Of a stretch of DNA of 64,000 bases, positions 49,797 through 59,320 are shown in pieces. This DNA is from Phycisphaeraceae bacterium (GTDB lineage: Bacteria; Planctomycetota; Phycisphaerae; Phycisphaerales; Phycisphaeraceae): the NCBI GenBank assembly GCA_963674705.1, contig OY771506.1:4096001-4160000 (forward strand), read 5' to 3'. The notes below the pieces were generated by a model, which saw nothing but the letters and a program-made list of their open reading frames with translations, was not told where the DNA came from and made no database searches. Within the stretch, counting starts at the first letter, position 1. Each line of letters starts with the position of its first letter. The position numbers and the translations under genes were made by a program.

Positions 49797-50549
49797 TTAC
49801 TTCGCGCCGATCTCTGCTTTGAGTTCCTGCTTGATGAAGAGGAAGCGGTTGCAGCTTGGGCAGGTGACCAGCTCATCGGGCTTCATCATCAAGGCGTTGA
49901 CGCGCTCGATAGGCAGTTCCATGTAGCAGCCGCCGCAGGTGTATTCGCGTCGACGGCGGTCCTGTTCTTCGATCTCGCCCATGGCTTCGCCGTCGTAGTG
50001 ATCGGCGAGGCGTTCAAAGACGGAGATGATGTCGGCGGGGAGTTCGGCGGCGGCGGCGTTACGCTTGGCGGTGGCGTCGGCCAGTGATTCACCGACCTCT
50101 TCCTTGGCGCTTTGGACTTCGGCCTCGGCGGACTTCACGAGCTTGGACTGGTTCTCGACCTGCGCCTGCACTTCCGCGACACGCTGTTTGAGATCGTCGA
50201 CCGCGGACATTTTTTCCAGGGCCTTATCTTCCAGCTTCGATTGCTCGACCTTGAGGGAATTCACCTCGACGAGCATGGCGGAGTATTCCTTGTTGCTCCG
50301 CACACTGTTCATCTGTTCCCGGAGCTTGTTTACACGCCCATTGGCATCGCCGGCCTGGTGTTCGAGGCTGGAGACCTCGGCCATGGCGTGCTTATGCTGA
50401 TCGCTCAGTTCGTTGTGTTGTTGGGTGAGTTGGTCGAGCTTGGTGCTCTGCAGCTTCAGCCGACGCGTCGCCGCGTCCAGCCGGGTTCGCAAGCCACGTA
50501 CCTGTTGGTCAAGCAGGTAAAAGTCGTACAGCTTCTCTTGTAGCGACAA
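49797..50549 (-). CDS. Coiled-coil + C4 zinc-ribbon protein (DUF164-type)
   Basis: Long coiled coil, NKEY, CGGC...CPSCNRFL; sits upstream of the RNase HI-like gene. Confidence 0.85.
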   Translation of the reverse strand: MSLQEKLYDFYLLDQQVRGLRTRLDAATRRLKLQSTKLDQLTQQHNELSDQHKHAMAEVSSLEHQAGDANGRVNKLREQMNSVRSNKEYSAMLVEVNSLKVEQSKLEDKALEKMSAVDDLKQRVAEVQAQVENQSKLVKSAEAEVQSAKEEVGESLADATAKRNAAAAELPADIISVFERLADHYDGEAMGEIEEQDRRRREYTCGGCYMELPIERVNALMMKPDELVTCPSCNRFLFIKQELKAEIGAK

Positions 50550-50911
50550 TTCGCATCTCCATGAATATTCTCCGAAGAGGTCAATGATAACAAATGATTG
50601 TGCGATGGGGAATTCGGGGTGGAGGGAAGGAAAAGCAGAAAAGCAGGAAATTGGGAAAGCAGGAAATTAAGGCAGGGGGCAACGCCGGTCCTGAGCGAAG
50701 CGAAGGGACGGGTTGATTGATGAATCGTTAATCGCTGATCGTTAATGGCTAATTGGTTGTTGCGGCGGGTTTTGGGGAGGCTGTGAGTAGGGAATCGGGT
50801 GTGATTTTGTGGAGATTGGGGTCGGCGTGCCGATGTATGGGGGGTGGCTTGTGGGCCGCTTGCCGTAGACGTTTGTGGGGTTTATACTTCCGGGCTCGGG
50901 GCAGACAATTT

Positions 50912-50984
50912 GGGGCTGTAGCTCAGTTGGGAGAGCGCTTGTATGGCATACAAGAGGTCAGGAGTTCGAGCCTCCTCAGCTCCA
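50912..50984 (+). tRNA. tRNA-Ala(GGC)
   Basis: GGGGCTG/CAGCTCC acceptor with G3:U70, anticodon arm cttgt-atGGCat-acaag. Confidence 0.96.
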
Positions 50985-51143
50985 CTTGGATAGGTCACTG
51001 GATCCGAGCCGTTAAAGGCTTGGCGGGGGATCGGGGGCCGAAACGAACGCTAAACGGCTCTTTATGGGCCGTTTTTTTATTTGCTTTAACCACATATCCC
51101 TTATACAGCCGTAGCCCCAAATCGATGAAAAGGCTCTCAGTTT

Positions 51144-51554
51144 ATGAACGACCAGCAAATTGATGTGACATCGAAGTCCCGTGTGCCGTATCCATATCAT
51201 GCCTGGCTTGCACCGCTCGCCGGTTATGCCGCCGCAGTGATCCTGAACATCGGCATGACCATGACTATCGGTGGCGAACAACAGCAATCACGGATTCTGC
51301 TCTTGATCGCTGGGCTTGTCCCATTATGTGGGTGGCTGGCCTGTCACGTGCTTGGTTATGTCAAGAGTATCCAATGCCTGATCGGTAAACGGCATCTGGC
51401 GCATGGCATCGTGGGACTAATTGTCAATACGTTGTCGGTGATATTCATGGTACTGATGATTATCGCCTTGCTCGTTGCACTTAACACCGCAAGGCAGAAT
51501 GCGGCACAGCAACAGGGCGCACAATCCCAGAATCAATACCAAACTTCACCGTAA
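51144..51554 (+). CDS. Hypothetical three-TM membrane protein
   Basis: 136-aa ORF with three hydrophobic segments. Confidence 0.7.
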   Translation: MNDQQIDVTSKSRVPYPYHAWLAPLAGYAAAVILNIGMTMTIGGEQQQSRILLLIAGLVPLCGWLACHVLGYVKSIQCLIGKRHLAHGIVGLIVNTLSVIFMVLMIIALLVALNTARQNAAQQQGAQSQNQYQTSP

Positions 51555-51755
51555 CCGTTCGTGGTTTGCTGGATGTTAGAGCAAATTCGGCGCATGAAAA
51601 ACTCCCGGCGCTTGTGCATCGCACCGGGAGTAAGTAACGGTTGCGTCAGGTGAACGAAACCTGACGAACCTCTATAAACGACACCGATCGGTACAAAACG
51701 ATCGGGGGTTGTCACAACCCGCACGGACCCTCCCAGCCGGCGGGTGTGTACTAAA

Positions 51756-52646
51756 TCAACGGCGTCGGCCCAGCAGGCTTGCCAGCCCGGTGCCGATCAG
51801 CATCATCGTTGCTGGTTCCGGGATGACCGGGGATTCTGTCTGCTCATCACTGGCATCGAACCAGCCGTGGAACTGTTCGCCGAGGTCGGCGTAATCGTTC
51901 CAGGACAGGAAGCTGTCACCGGAGGCGTCGGGCAGGAAGAAACCGTCCGCGCCGTATTCCGGATTCAGAAGCGAGTAGGTGTGCAGCCAGATACCGATGG
52001 TCTCTTCGAAGCCCATGCCGAACCAACTGGCGTCGTCGCCATACATGGGGCTGTGGTCGACCAGCGGTGAGACATCGATCGTGAATGACAGAATACGTGT
52101 GTTGCTGTTATCCACGCTCGAGGCAGAAATGACCCAGCTTGAATCGTTGATCGATGAGATGATCGGGTCAGGCGTCTGATTGCCTGCCGCGAGTTGCCCA
52201 TCGAAGAACGAATCCGCACCGTTTTCGCCGTTGTAGGCGTAGGCGGATAGGATGGGGCTGGAGTCCGACATGGCATCGAAGTAGAGGACGGCGTATTCGC
52301 TGTCGATGCCCTTTGGATCGGGTCCGTCGTTGACGACCAGGAAGAAGCCTACGGGCAACTGTCCTGTGCCTGCCTCGGCTTCAAAAGAAGCGAGGAATGT
52401 CAACTGGTTGGTGTCGGTGTCGAACTCTGCGGTGACGCTGAGAACGGTCCCCGCCTCATCGCTGACATAGGTAGGACCGACGGTGCCGTCGAAGCCGTCA
52501 GGCCGATCCCAGTGGTAGCTATAGACGTCCGCGTTAGCGGAAGCGGTGCCAAGGAGTCCGGTTGTTAAAAGTGTCGATGCGGTGGTCGACAAAAAAACGC
52601 GAGCGCGCCTGTTGCGCGAACGCGTGCCGCTAAAGATACTGCCCAT
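51756..52646 (-). CDS. PEP-CTERM protein
   Basis: AAGGAG RBS, signal peptide, IPEP-TM-RRR. Confidence 0.85.
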   Translation of the reverse strand: MGSIFSGTRSRNRRARVFLSTTASTLLTTGLLGTASANADVYSYHWDRPDGFDGTVGPTYVSDEAGTVLSVTAEFDTDTNQLTFLASFEAEAGTGQLPVGFFLVVNDGPDPKGIDSEYAVLYFDAMSDSSPILSAYAYNGENGADSFFDGQLAAGNQTPDPIISSINDSSWVISASSVDNSNTRILSFTIDVSPLVDHSPMYGDDASWFGMGFEETIGIWLHTYSLLNPEYGADGFFLPDASGDSFLSWNDYADLGEQFHGWFDASDEQTESPVIPEPATMMLIGTGLASLLGRRR

Positions 52647-52914
52647 CAGGACTTCTCCTTCACTCCACGCTAGAGAGCGTTCAGGTAAGAAGTCCCCTCC
52701 TATTACGTTGAGACAAGTATACCCCGGGAGGTCCGAAATGCACGCCCTAAAATCGCGCCAGAAGGCCCGAAAACTCTACAAAATGTATAAGTGTATGAAT
52801 GGATTGAGGATGTTAAAAAAAATAATTTCGTATGACCATCCGGGCGCGTTAAGCTGGGCAAGATAAGCAGGTAACAACCCTAACAGGATTGGCTTATGCT
52901 GCCCTCAAAAGGGC

Positions 52915-53820
52915 TCAGGATTTGAGCCAGGCATCGATCGCCTCGCGGAAGGCGCGGATGTGCTCGGGGGTGCTGCCGCAGCAGGCGCCGATGATGTTCA
53001 CGCCGGCATCCAGCAGGGGAACGACGCCCGCGACCATCTGCTGCGGCGTCTGGTCGTAGACGACGGTTGTACCTTCGAGCTTGGGCTGGCCGGCGTTGGG
53101 CTGGGCCATGATTGGCAGGTCGGTGACCTTGCGGTAGGCCTGGACGACCTTCAAAGCGTTGGGCATATCCATGCCGCTGCCGCAGTTCAAAGCGACGATA
53201 TCGACGCCTTTTTCAGCCATGAACTTCGCAGCTGACTCGGGGTCGACTCCCATCATCGTGCGCAGCGACCCGCCATCGGGTGAAACGTCATACGCCATCG
53301 ATCCGATGACGCAGGGGGCAGCGGCGCTGCGGGCAGCTTCGATGCCGATCGCCAGCTCTTCCAGCGAGGTCTGTGTCTCGACGATCACCGCATCAGCACC
53401 GGCATCGACCAGTGCCTTGGCCTGCTCGTTAAAGGCAACACGGACGTCTTCTTCCGCGACGTCGCCATAGGGCTCCATGAAGCCGCCGAACGGACCAATG
53501 TCGCCGATGACGAAGCCGCCGGTATCACCGATGGCCTTACGTGCGATTTCGACTGCGGCCTTGTTGATCTCGGGGGCTCGGTTTCCGAGATTATGACCGG
53601 CCAGCGTGATCCGGCAGCCGCCGAAGGTGTTGGTGATGATGCAGTCGGCGCCGGATTCGACGTAGCGTTTTTGTATCTGGAGGACCTTGTCCGGGTCGGT
53701 CAGGTTCCACTGCTCGCCACACTGTCCCTGGGCCAGGCCCGCAGCCATGAGTTGGGTTCCCATCGCGCCGTCACCGAGCAGAGGGCGTTGCTTGATCGCT
53801 TCGAGCAGAGTCTGTGACAT
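52915..53820 (-). CDS. Homocysteine S-methyltransferase domain protein (split MetH-type)
   Basis: DGAMGT, TNTFG, LNC, PNAG, GACCGSTPEHI. Confidence 0.9.
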   Translation of the reverse strand: MSQTLLEAIKQRPLLGDGAMGTQLMAAGLAQGQCGEQWNLTDPDKVLQIQKRYVESGADCIITNTFGGCRITLAGHNLGNRAPEINKAAVEIARKAIGDTGGFVIGDIGPFGGFMEPYGDVAEEDVRVAFNEQAKALVDAGADAVIVETQTSLEELAIGIEAARSAAAPCVIGSMAYDVSPDGGSLRTMMGVDPESAAKFMAEKGVDIVALNCGSGMDMPNALKVVQAYRKVTDLPIMAQPNAGQPKLEGTTVVYDQTPQQMVAGVVPLLDAGVNIIGACCGSTPEHIRAFREAIDAWLKS

Positions 53821-53862
53821 GCGGATTTCCTCCGTGAATTGCTGGCACGAACAGGATTAGAA

Positions 53863-53935
53863 TGGCCCTGGTGGGATTCGAACCCACACTGTCGCGATTT
53901 TAAGTCGCGTGCCTCTGCCGTTGGGCTACAGGGCC
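53863..53935 (-). tRNA. tRNA-Leu(TAA) with short variable loop
   Basis: GGCCCTG/CAGGGCC acceptor, cgcga-ctTAAaa-tcgcg, GGTTCGAATCC. Confidence 0.92.
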
Positions 53936-54276
53936 GACGCCGACAAGTGCTAAGTCTAACCTGAGGCGGGACCTGTCGCGAATAACCGGTGCAATACGTA
54001 TGCGGATACGCTTGTTGGCAGTTATGCGCTGATCACAACTGTGCTTACAGCGGGTCAGCATATCCGCAATCGTTGAACGGGTCCGTTTGTAACGATTATC
54101 TGCGGGCTTCTTGATTCAATATCCACCCATCTACTGGACGCCTCGCAGGGCCGGGGCAGACTTCACACATCTCTTGGCTGCACAAGCCCAGGGGATTAGT
54201 CCAGCAATAGTCGGCCGCGGCGTGTGCCAGGCCGACGGCGGGGCGGTGGGAAGAAAACAAGAGGCGGAGTAATACC

Positions 54277-54969
54277 ATGCAGACTTGGAAGATCGCAACA
54301 GCAGTTCTGGCCGGATGCCTTGTCGGTGCGGCAAGCACACAGGCGGCGAGTATTTCGTACCCCGGCACGGTCGTGGTGCAGGATGGGTATTACGACAACG
54401 TTGTTGAAACCTCCATCACCGACACATTGCCTTTGTATGGCCCGCCAACCGCGGGTGCCGGCAACAGCCTTGTTTATCACTTCTCGAGCTTCAGCGCCTC
54501 GGCAAGCGACAGCAACTCCGACATCACATCCGGCGCGCTGGAAATGACGTTTGATGCCGATCCGGGCCAGTACATCCAGAGTTTCTCTCTGACAGAATCC
54601 GGCACGTACACGATCAGCGGAACCGGCGAAGTCACCGCCGGCGGGACGCTGACGATCCGCTACTACGACGACGTGGCCGGTGAATTTGTCACGCTGGCCG
54701 ACCCGATCGAGATGTCCGTTGCATTCCCCATGGATACGCCCGACACGAACGGCACATGGGAAGGCTTTGCGCTGATCGACCTGAATGCGTTAGGCATCCA
54801 GACCTCGCACATCATCATCGCACTGGATAACAACCTGATCGCCGGTGCTGGGGCAGGTGGCAGTGCGACGATTACGAAAGACACGATGACCATTAACCCG
54901 GTCGTTCCCGAACCGGCAAGCATGGTGTTGATGGGACTGGGTTGCTTGATGATTTTGAGGAAGCGGTAG
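54277..54969 (+). CDS. PEP-CTERM protein
   Basis: GGAG RBS, signal peptide, VPEP-TM-RKR. Confidence 0.85.
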   Translation: MQTWKIATAVLAGCLVGAASTQAASISYPGTVVVQDGYYDNVVETSITDTLPLYGPPTAGAGNSLVYHFSSFSASASDSNSDITSGALEMTFDADPGQYIQSFSLTESGTYTISGTGEVTAGGTLTIRYYDDVAGEFVTLADPIEMSVAFPMDTPDTNGTWEGFALIDLNALGIQTSHIIIALDNNLIAGAGAGGSATITKDTMTINPVVPEPASMVLMGLGCLMILRKR

Positions 54970-55052
54970 TATCGGGTATCGGGTATCGGGTATCGGGTAT
55001 CGGGTATCGGGTATCGGGTATCGGGTATCGGGTATCGGGTATCGGGTATCGG
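54969..55052 (+). repeat. Perfect tandem repeat (GTATCGG)x12
   Basis: 84 bp of exact heptamers starting at the stop codon. Confidence 0.95.
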
Positions 55053-55094
55053 AATGATCATATCTGTGATGTTTTCCGGCGGGATTTAAACTTG

Positions 55095-55230
55095 CAAAAA
55101 AACAACCGGCCGCGTGGGAGTGCGGCCGGTTGGTTTGTTTTTTAGGTTGTGTTATTCGGTTTTAGTGCTTGCCGCGCCGTAGCATGGCGAGGCCGCCGAG
55201 GCTCAGCAGCGCGAGGCTGGTGGGCTCGGG
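55095..55230 (-). repeat. Copy 1 of ~135-bp PEP-CTERM tail + terminator
   Basis: Near-identical to 57703-57836. Confidence 0.93.
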
Positions 55231-57441
55231 GATCAGACTTACTTCAGCCGTAGGAGGTGTGCCAGCATTCCAATTATTCAACACAGCATCCATATCAGCA
55301 AGCCCAACGATACCATCACCCGAGGCATCACCTTGTGCATGATTGGTAACCCCCACAGTCGTGTTCCAGTTTGCTAGAACAAGGTCAAGGTCATCCAATC
55401 CCACATAACCATCATGGTCCATATCCCCAGCCAGCCATGTCACGAGCTCCAAGGAATAGGTGTTGTACACCAGTTCGAGCATGGCGGAATCATCGGCTGA
55501 TATCAGCCCGCTTGCAGAAGCGAATTCGCCCGTCAAGGTCCCGGTCCACGTCAGCACCTCATAGACGTCCGGATCCGAGGTACTAGGCGTGAAGCTGCCC
55601 AAATCAATCGCCAATTCACCATCCAGATCAACATCACCATAAATATCGACATCGTCGTAGTTGTCGACGTCGTCATCTGAGTCGGCAATGGTGATTTTTA
55701 GTGTACCTGTGCTCCCCTGAGTGTAACTACGACTGTCTGTACTGCTGCCAATTGTCAGGGTCCTCGCATCAGAGCCGACAATGTCAAGTATGCCATCATT
55801 GTCAACATATACTGCTAGATCAACACCATCACCATTAACTTCGACGGTAGCTCCGCTAGCTATTGCGATCGTTCCAAGTCCTGAAAAAGATATGTATTTA
55901 CCAATCGCCAACGAATCATTTATTACCAATTCACTACCAGATGCCAGAAGGGGATTGTTGTACCTAAAAATTGTTGACGCTTCATTAAGCTCAAGTATCG
56001 CATTACCGTACAAACGGATTCCAACCCCCGGGCTTCCAGAAGTATGAGCGGGTAAATGCAATCCCATGTCAAGTTCATTTTCCACATTCAGATTAACATA
56101 TACACCGTTTGCATATAATTCAGATGCCACTACAGATGCAGAAGATGATTCAAATGTCAATACGCCATCAATATCAAGAATTGTAGGCGTTGCGGACGAA
56201 ATCTCCAATGCATTCAGACTTCCTGCCAAATGAACGCGACCGCCCACGACAACGCCATCCACATGATTTGTTCTGAGGTTTACTTCTCCGCTAGATGCGA
56301 TTTCAAGATCGTCTAACTCTGAACCGGTAAAAGATGTTCTATTTACATTCATGGTACCAGCGACATATGTATCGTAACCAACATTCATTGTTACCCCTGT
56401 GTTGAAGCTCGTAACACTCTGGGAAGCAATACTGAGGTCGTGTATAGTTACTGAACCACCATTAAACGTTGCATTGTTCTCGAGATAAAGATCTCCCACA
56501 TCCATTGTGCCACTATTGTATGTTGTGACACCTTCTAATGTTAATGAATCTGATGTTTCGGCAGTATCGATCGTAACAATCCCATCGACCACCAAGTTAG
56601 ATTGAATAGTTGAATTATCTACAATATCAAGATCAGCATAACTAGAGAGTGTCAGAGTCCCACCTTGTATCTCAGCATCATCAAGGCTAATTGTGCCGGT
56701 CGCTGTCCACGATAATGGGTAGTAAAAGGTCGACTCATTTTGCATAGTAAGTGTGCCGTCGAATGTTCCGGAAGTCATCAAAGCGTTGTGTGTGAGTGAA
56801 TCTGAATACGAGATAATCACTTCACCACCACCTGAAGTCCCCCCAAGATCAAATGATCCGCTGTCAGCCCCCAAAACAGCATCACCTTTAACTTCAAATA
56901 TGCCATTATTTACAAAACTACTCGCCCCGCTATCCAAGAAAATGGTCCCACTGTAAGTATCAAGTGTACTATTTTGATCAATCGTTGCGGTTGACCCGAT
57001 ATGCAACTCTCCGCTGCTAAGATGCAACAAACCACCGTTTGTTAGTGATAACTGGCCCGTGGTAAGTGTCGAATTGGATGAATTAGAATATGTAGCATTA
57101 TCAATGCTAGTGAGATTTGTTACTGTTAAGTTGCCCGCTGATAAACTTGAACTACCAGCCAATGTCAGAGACTGGATTGTTCCCCCTCCATTAATCACCG
57201 AGGCTGGAACCAGATACGGGCTCACACCAATAATAACATCGTCATTTGAACCCGGAGTTCCGGGTAAGTACCAATTATCCGATCGAGTCCAATAATGCTC
57301 GTATGGAAAACTTGCAGTACCCATGAATCCTTTAGTCGCAGCCTGTGATGATGGCGCATCATACAGGCTTATGAATGCAATCGTCCCTACCGTAAATGCT
57401 TTGCCAAACATATAGAACTTGGAGTGCTCATTCATGCGCAT
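55162..57441 (-). CDS. PEP-CTERM protein with beta-helix-like passenger and dockerin-like domain
   Basis: AAAGGA RBS, signal peptide, Ser/Thr/Gly-rich strands, GDMDHDGYVGLDDLDLVLANWN, IPEP-TM; AT-richer body. Confidence 0.85.
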   Translation of the reverse strand: MRMNEHSKFYMFGKAFTVGTIAFISLYDAPSSQAATKGFMGTASFPYEHYWTRSDNWYLPGTPGSNDDVIIGVSPYLVPASVINGGGTIQSLTLAGSSSLSAGNLTVTNLTSIDNATYSNSSNSTLTTGQLSLTNGGLLHLSSGELHIGSTATIDQNSTLDTYSGTIFLDSGASSFVNNGIFEVKGDAVLGADSGSFDLGGTSGGGEVIISYSDSLTHNALMTSGTFDGTLTMQNESTFYYPLSWTATGTISLDDAEIQGGTLTLSSYADLDIVDNSTIQSNLVVDGIVTIDTAETSDSLTLEGVTTYNSGTMDVGDLYLENNATFNGGSVTIHDLSIASQSVTSFNTGVTMNVGYDTYVAGTMNVNRTSFTGSELDDLEIASSGEVNLRTNHVDGVVVGGRVHLAGSLNALEISSATPTILDIDGVLTFESSSASVVASELYANGVYVNLNVENELDMGLHLPAHTSGSPGVGIRLYGNAILELNEASTIFRYNNPLLASGSELVINDSLAIGKYISFSGLGTIAIASGATVEVNGDGVDLAVYVDNDGILDIVGSDARTLTIGSSTDSRSYTQGSTGTLKITIADSDDDVDNYDDVDIYGDVDLDGELAIDLGSFTPSTSDPDVYEVLTWTGTLTGEFASASGLISADDSAMLELVYNTYSLELVTWLAGDMDHDGYVGLDDLDLVLANWNTTVGVTNHAQGDASGDGIVGLADMDAVLNNWNAGTPPTAEVSLIPEPTSLALLSLGGLAMLRRGKH

Positions 57442-57702
57442 GTGACATCCTTTCACATTAAACAGGTGAAGAAACAGTACGGACGGACCTACCGCCCGAT
57501 GATGATTAACATTTTCTAGTTAGCGATGGTCCCTCGGCCCCATAGAATTTCCCCTGATTTGTTCAACTCAAAACACATTGTGTTTACGAGTGGAACAGTT
57601 GTTGTATTAATCGCAGACTATCAGATCAGTATCTCATGTCAAGAGAAAATGTGTTACTTGATCGTAAATAACTTTAACCACAAGATTGACTGGCGTATCG
57701 AA

Positions 57703-57836
57703 CAAAAAAAAACAACCGGCCGCGTGGGAGTGCGGCCGGCTGTTTTTTTAGGTTGTGTTATTCGATTTTAGTGCTTGCCGCGCCGGAGCATGGCGAGGCC
57801 GCCGAGGCTCAGCAGCGCGAGGCTGGTGGGTTCGGG
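57703..57836 (-). repeat. Copy 2 of ~135-bp PEP-CTERM tail + terminator
   Basis: Near-identical to 55095-55230. Confidence 0.93.
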
Positions 57837-59075
57837 CAGGGCGGCTTGATTACGGAATTCGTCCGTGTAATCGATGCCGAAGGTGTTACCTAATCCCGTA
57901 TCGAAACCCCAGTATCCGACATCGCCGTCGGTACCCATGTCACCAAATCCCATGAGTGATCTGCCGGTCGCGCCATAGTTACTGACCGGGATATAACGGG
58001 GGACGGTGATCGTCGCATCAGCGGCCGCATCGGGGTCCGGATCGGGCTTCTCAACTTCAACGATCGTCCAGAGCGCGAGGTTCTGGCGGAAGTCACCACG
58101 GCCATTGAGCGCTTGGATATTTTGCCTGATCCAGTTGTAGTGAGTCGCGATCGGGGTGTAGTAAGCCTTACTGAAGTATTCGGAATTTGCGCGACTGGTC
58201 CACGAGGTGATGCCCGCCAAGACCTTGTCGCGAACAAAAAGCCCGCCGCCGCTGTCGCCGAGCGCGGGCATGTATTCGCCTGCCACAGGGATGTCATCCT
58301 CATCAATGTTGAACTCACCGGTAAACGGGTTGTAAATACTGCTGGGGAGACCAACAGTATCTAAGCTGCTGAGCCGATACGGCTCAACGTCGAAGTCGGT
58401 CACGAGCTGGTTAGCCATGCTGACGCCGGCCTTTTCAATCTTGTTGTAACCCGCAAGCTTCACGCCGAACAAACTGGTTACATCGGAGCCGTCCGCACCA
58501 TTGCCGGCAGCACCGTAGCCTACAATCGTGCCGACCTCGCCGGTCGCACGTGCAGAATTGCGGAGAAGCTTGGCTTTGATATTTTTGGCCCCTGTGATAC
58601 GCGTGTCTAACTCGATGATGGCAATGTCGTGTCCCTCTTCAAAGCCGCGAGAAGTAATCGCAGGGAAGGGGTTGTAATCTTCATCCAAACGGTTTCGGTT
58701 CACATCGCTAAAATCATAATTGTAGTGGCCCTTGTGAATCACCCAGCGGCTGGCGTGGTAAGACTTGCCTTTGACTTTCACTTCGATATTCGAGGCGGTG
58801 TCAATATTATGAGCAGCTGTGACCAGGAACCGACCACCTACCACCACACCGGATGCGATGCTGTAGCCGAAGCTTGTATTGTCGTTGTCGCCCTCATGCG
58901 TGATATTCAATTGAGCGACGCAGTCGTAATCGGGGCTCGATGCAATGTTCTGGTGCATGTTGTAATGAAAATCAGTCGCCATCGTCCCGGCCACAGCGGG
59001 GGCGGAAAGGGCTCCGGTTACGGACAAACTTGCGGCGATCGCTACGGCCTGAAGGCGGGTCGGTGTCAAGTTCAT
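57768..59075 (-). CDS. Trypsin-like serine protease with PEP-CTERM
   Basis: VTAAH, DIAIIEL, GDSGGGL triad motifs; LPEP-TM. Confidence 0.88.
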   Translation of the reverse strand: MNLTPTRLQAVAIAASLSVTGALSAPAVAGTMATDFHYNMHQNIASSPDYDCVAQLNITHEGDNDNTSFGYSIASGVVVGGRFLVTAAHNIDTASNIEVKVKGKSYHASRWVIHKGHYNYDFSDVNRNRLDEDYNPFPAITSRGFEEGHDIAIIELDTRITGAKNIKAKLLRNSARATGEVGTIVGYGAAGNGADGSDVTSLFGVKLAGYNKIEKAGVSMANQLVTDFDVEPYRLSSLDTVGLPSSIYNPFTGEFNIDEDDIPVAGEYMPALGDSGGGLFVRDKVLAGITSWTSRANSEYFSKAYYTPIATHYNWIRQNIQALNGRGDFRQNLALWTIVEVEKPDPDPDAAADATITVPRYIPVSNYGATGRSLMGFGDMGTDGDVGYWGFDTGLGNTFGIDYTDEFRNQAALPEPTSLALLSLGGLAMLRRGKH

Positions 59076-59207
59076 GTTACTACTCCCTGAACTGAGTACT
59101 GGGTGGGCCCCCACTGGGTCAATTCACGTTTACTACTATGCACGGTTGTTCGCTTTTTAGGCAATGTAAGTTGTAACAGCACGCGGGTTTGCTGTCAAAG
59201 GGGAATG

Positions 59208-59317
59208 TCGGGGTTCGGGTATCGGGATTCGGGCATCGGAAAAACGGCAATGGTGGGCGATGACCCGGGTCAAAACTGCGATTCTTCCGATACCCGAGAC
59301 CCGAATCCCGGTACCCG
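59208..59317. repeat. Heptamer-built palindrome (GTATCGG family)
   Basis: gggttcgggtatcgggattcgggcatcgg ... ccgatacccgagacccgaatcccggtacccg. Confidence 0.75.
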
Positions 59318-59320
59318 TCC

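Noticed and set aside
54663..55061. ORFs with PDTRYPI / SGIGYRV repeats
   Set aside because: Translation artefacts of the GTATCGG tandem repeat
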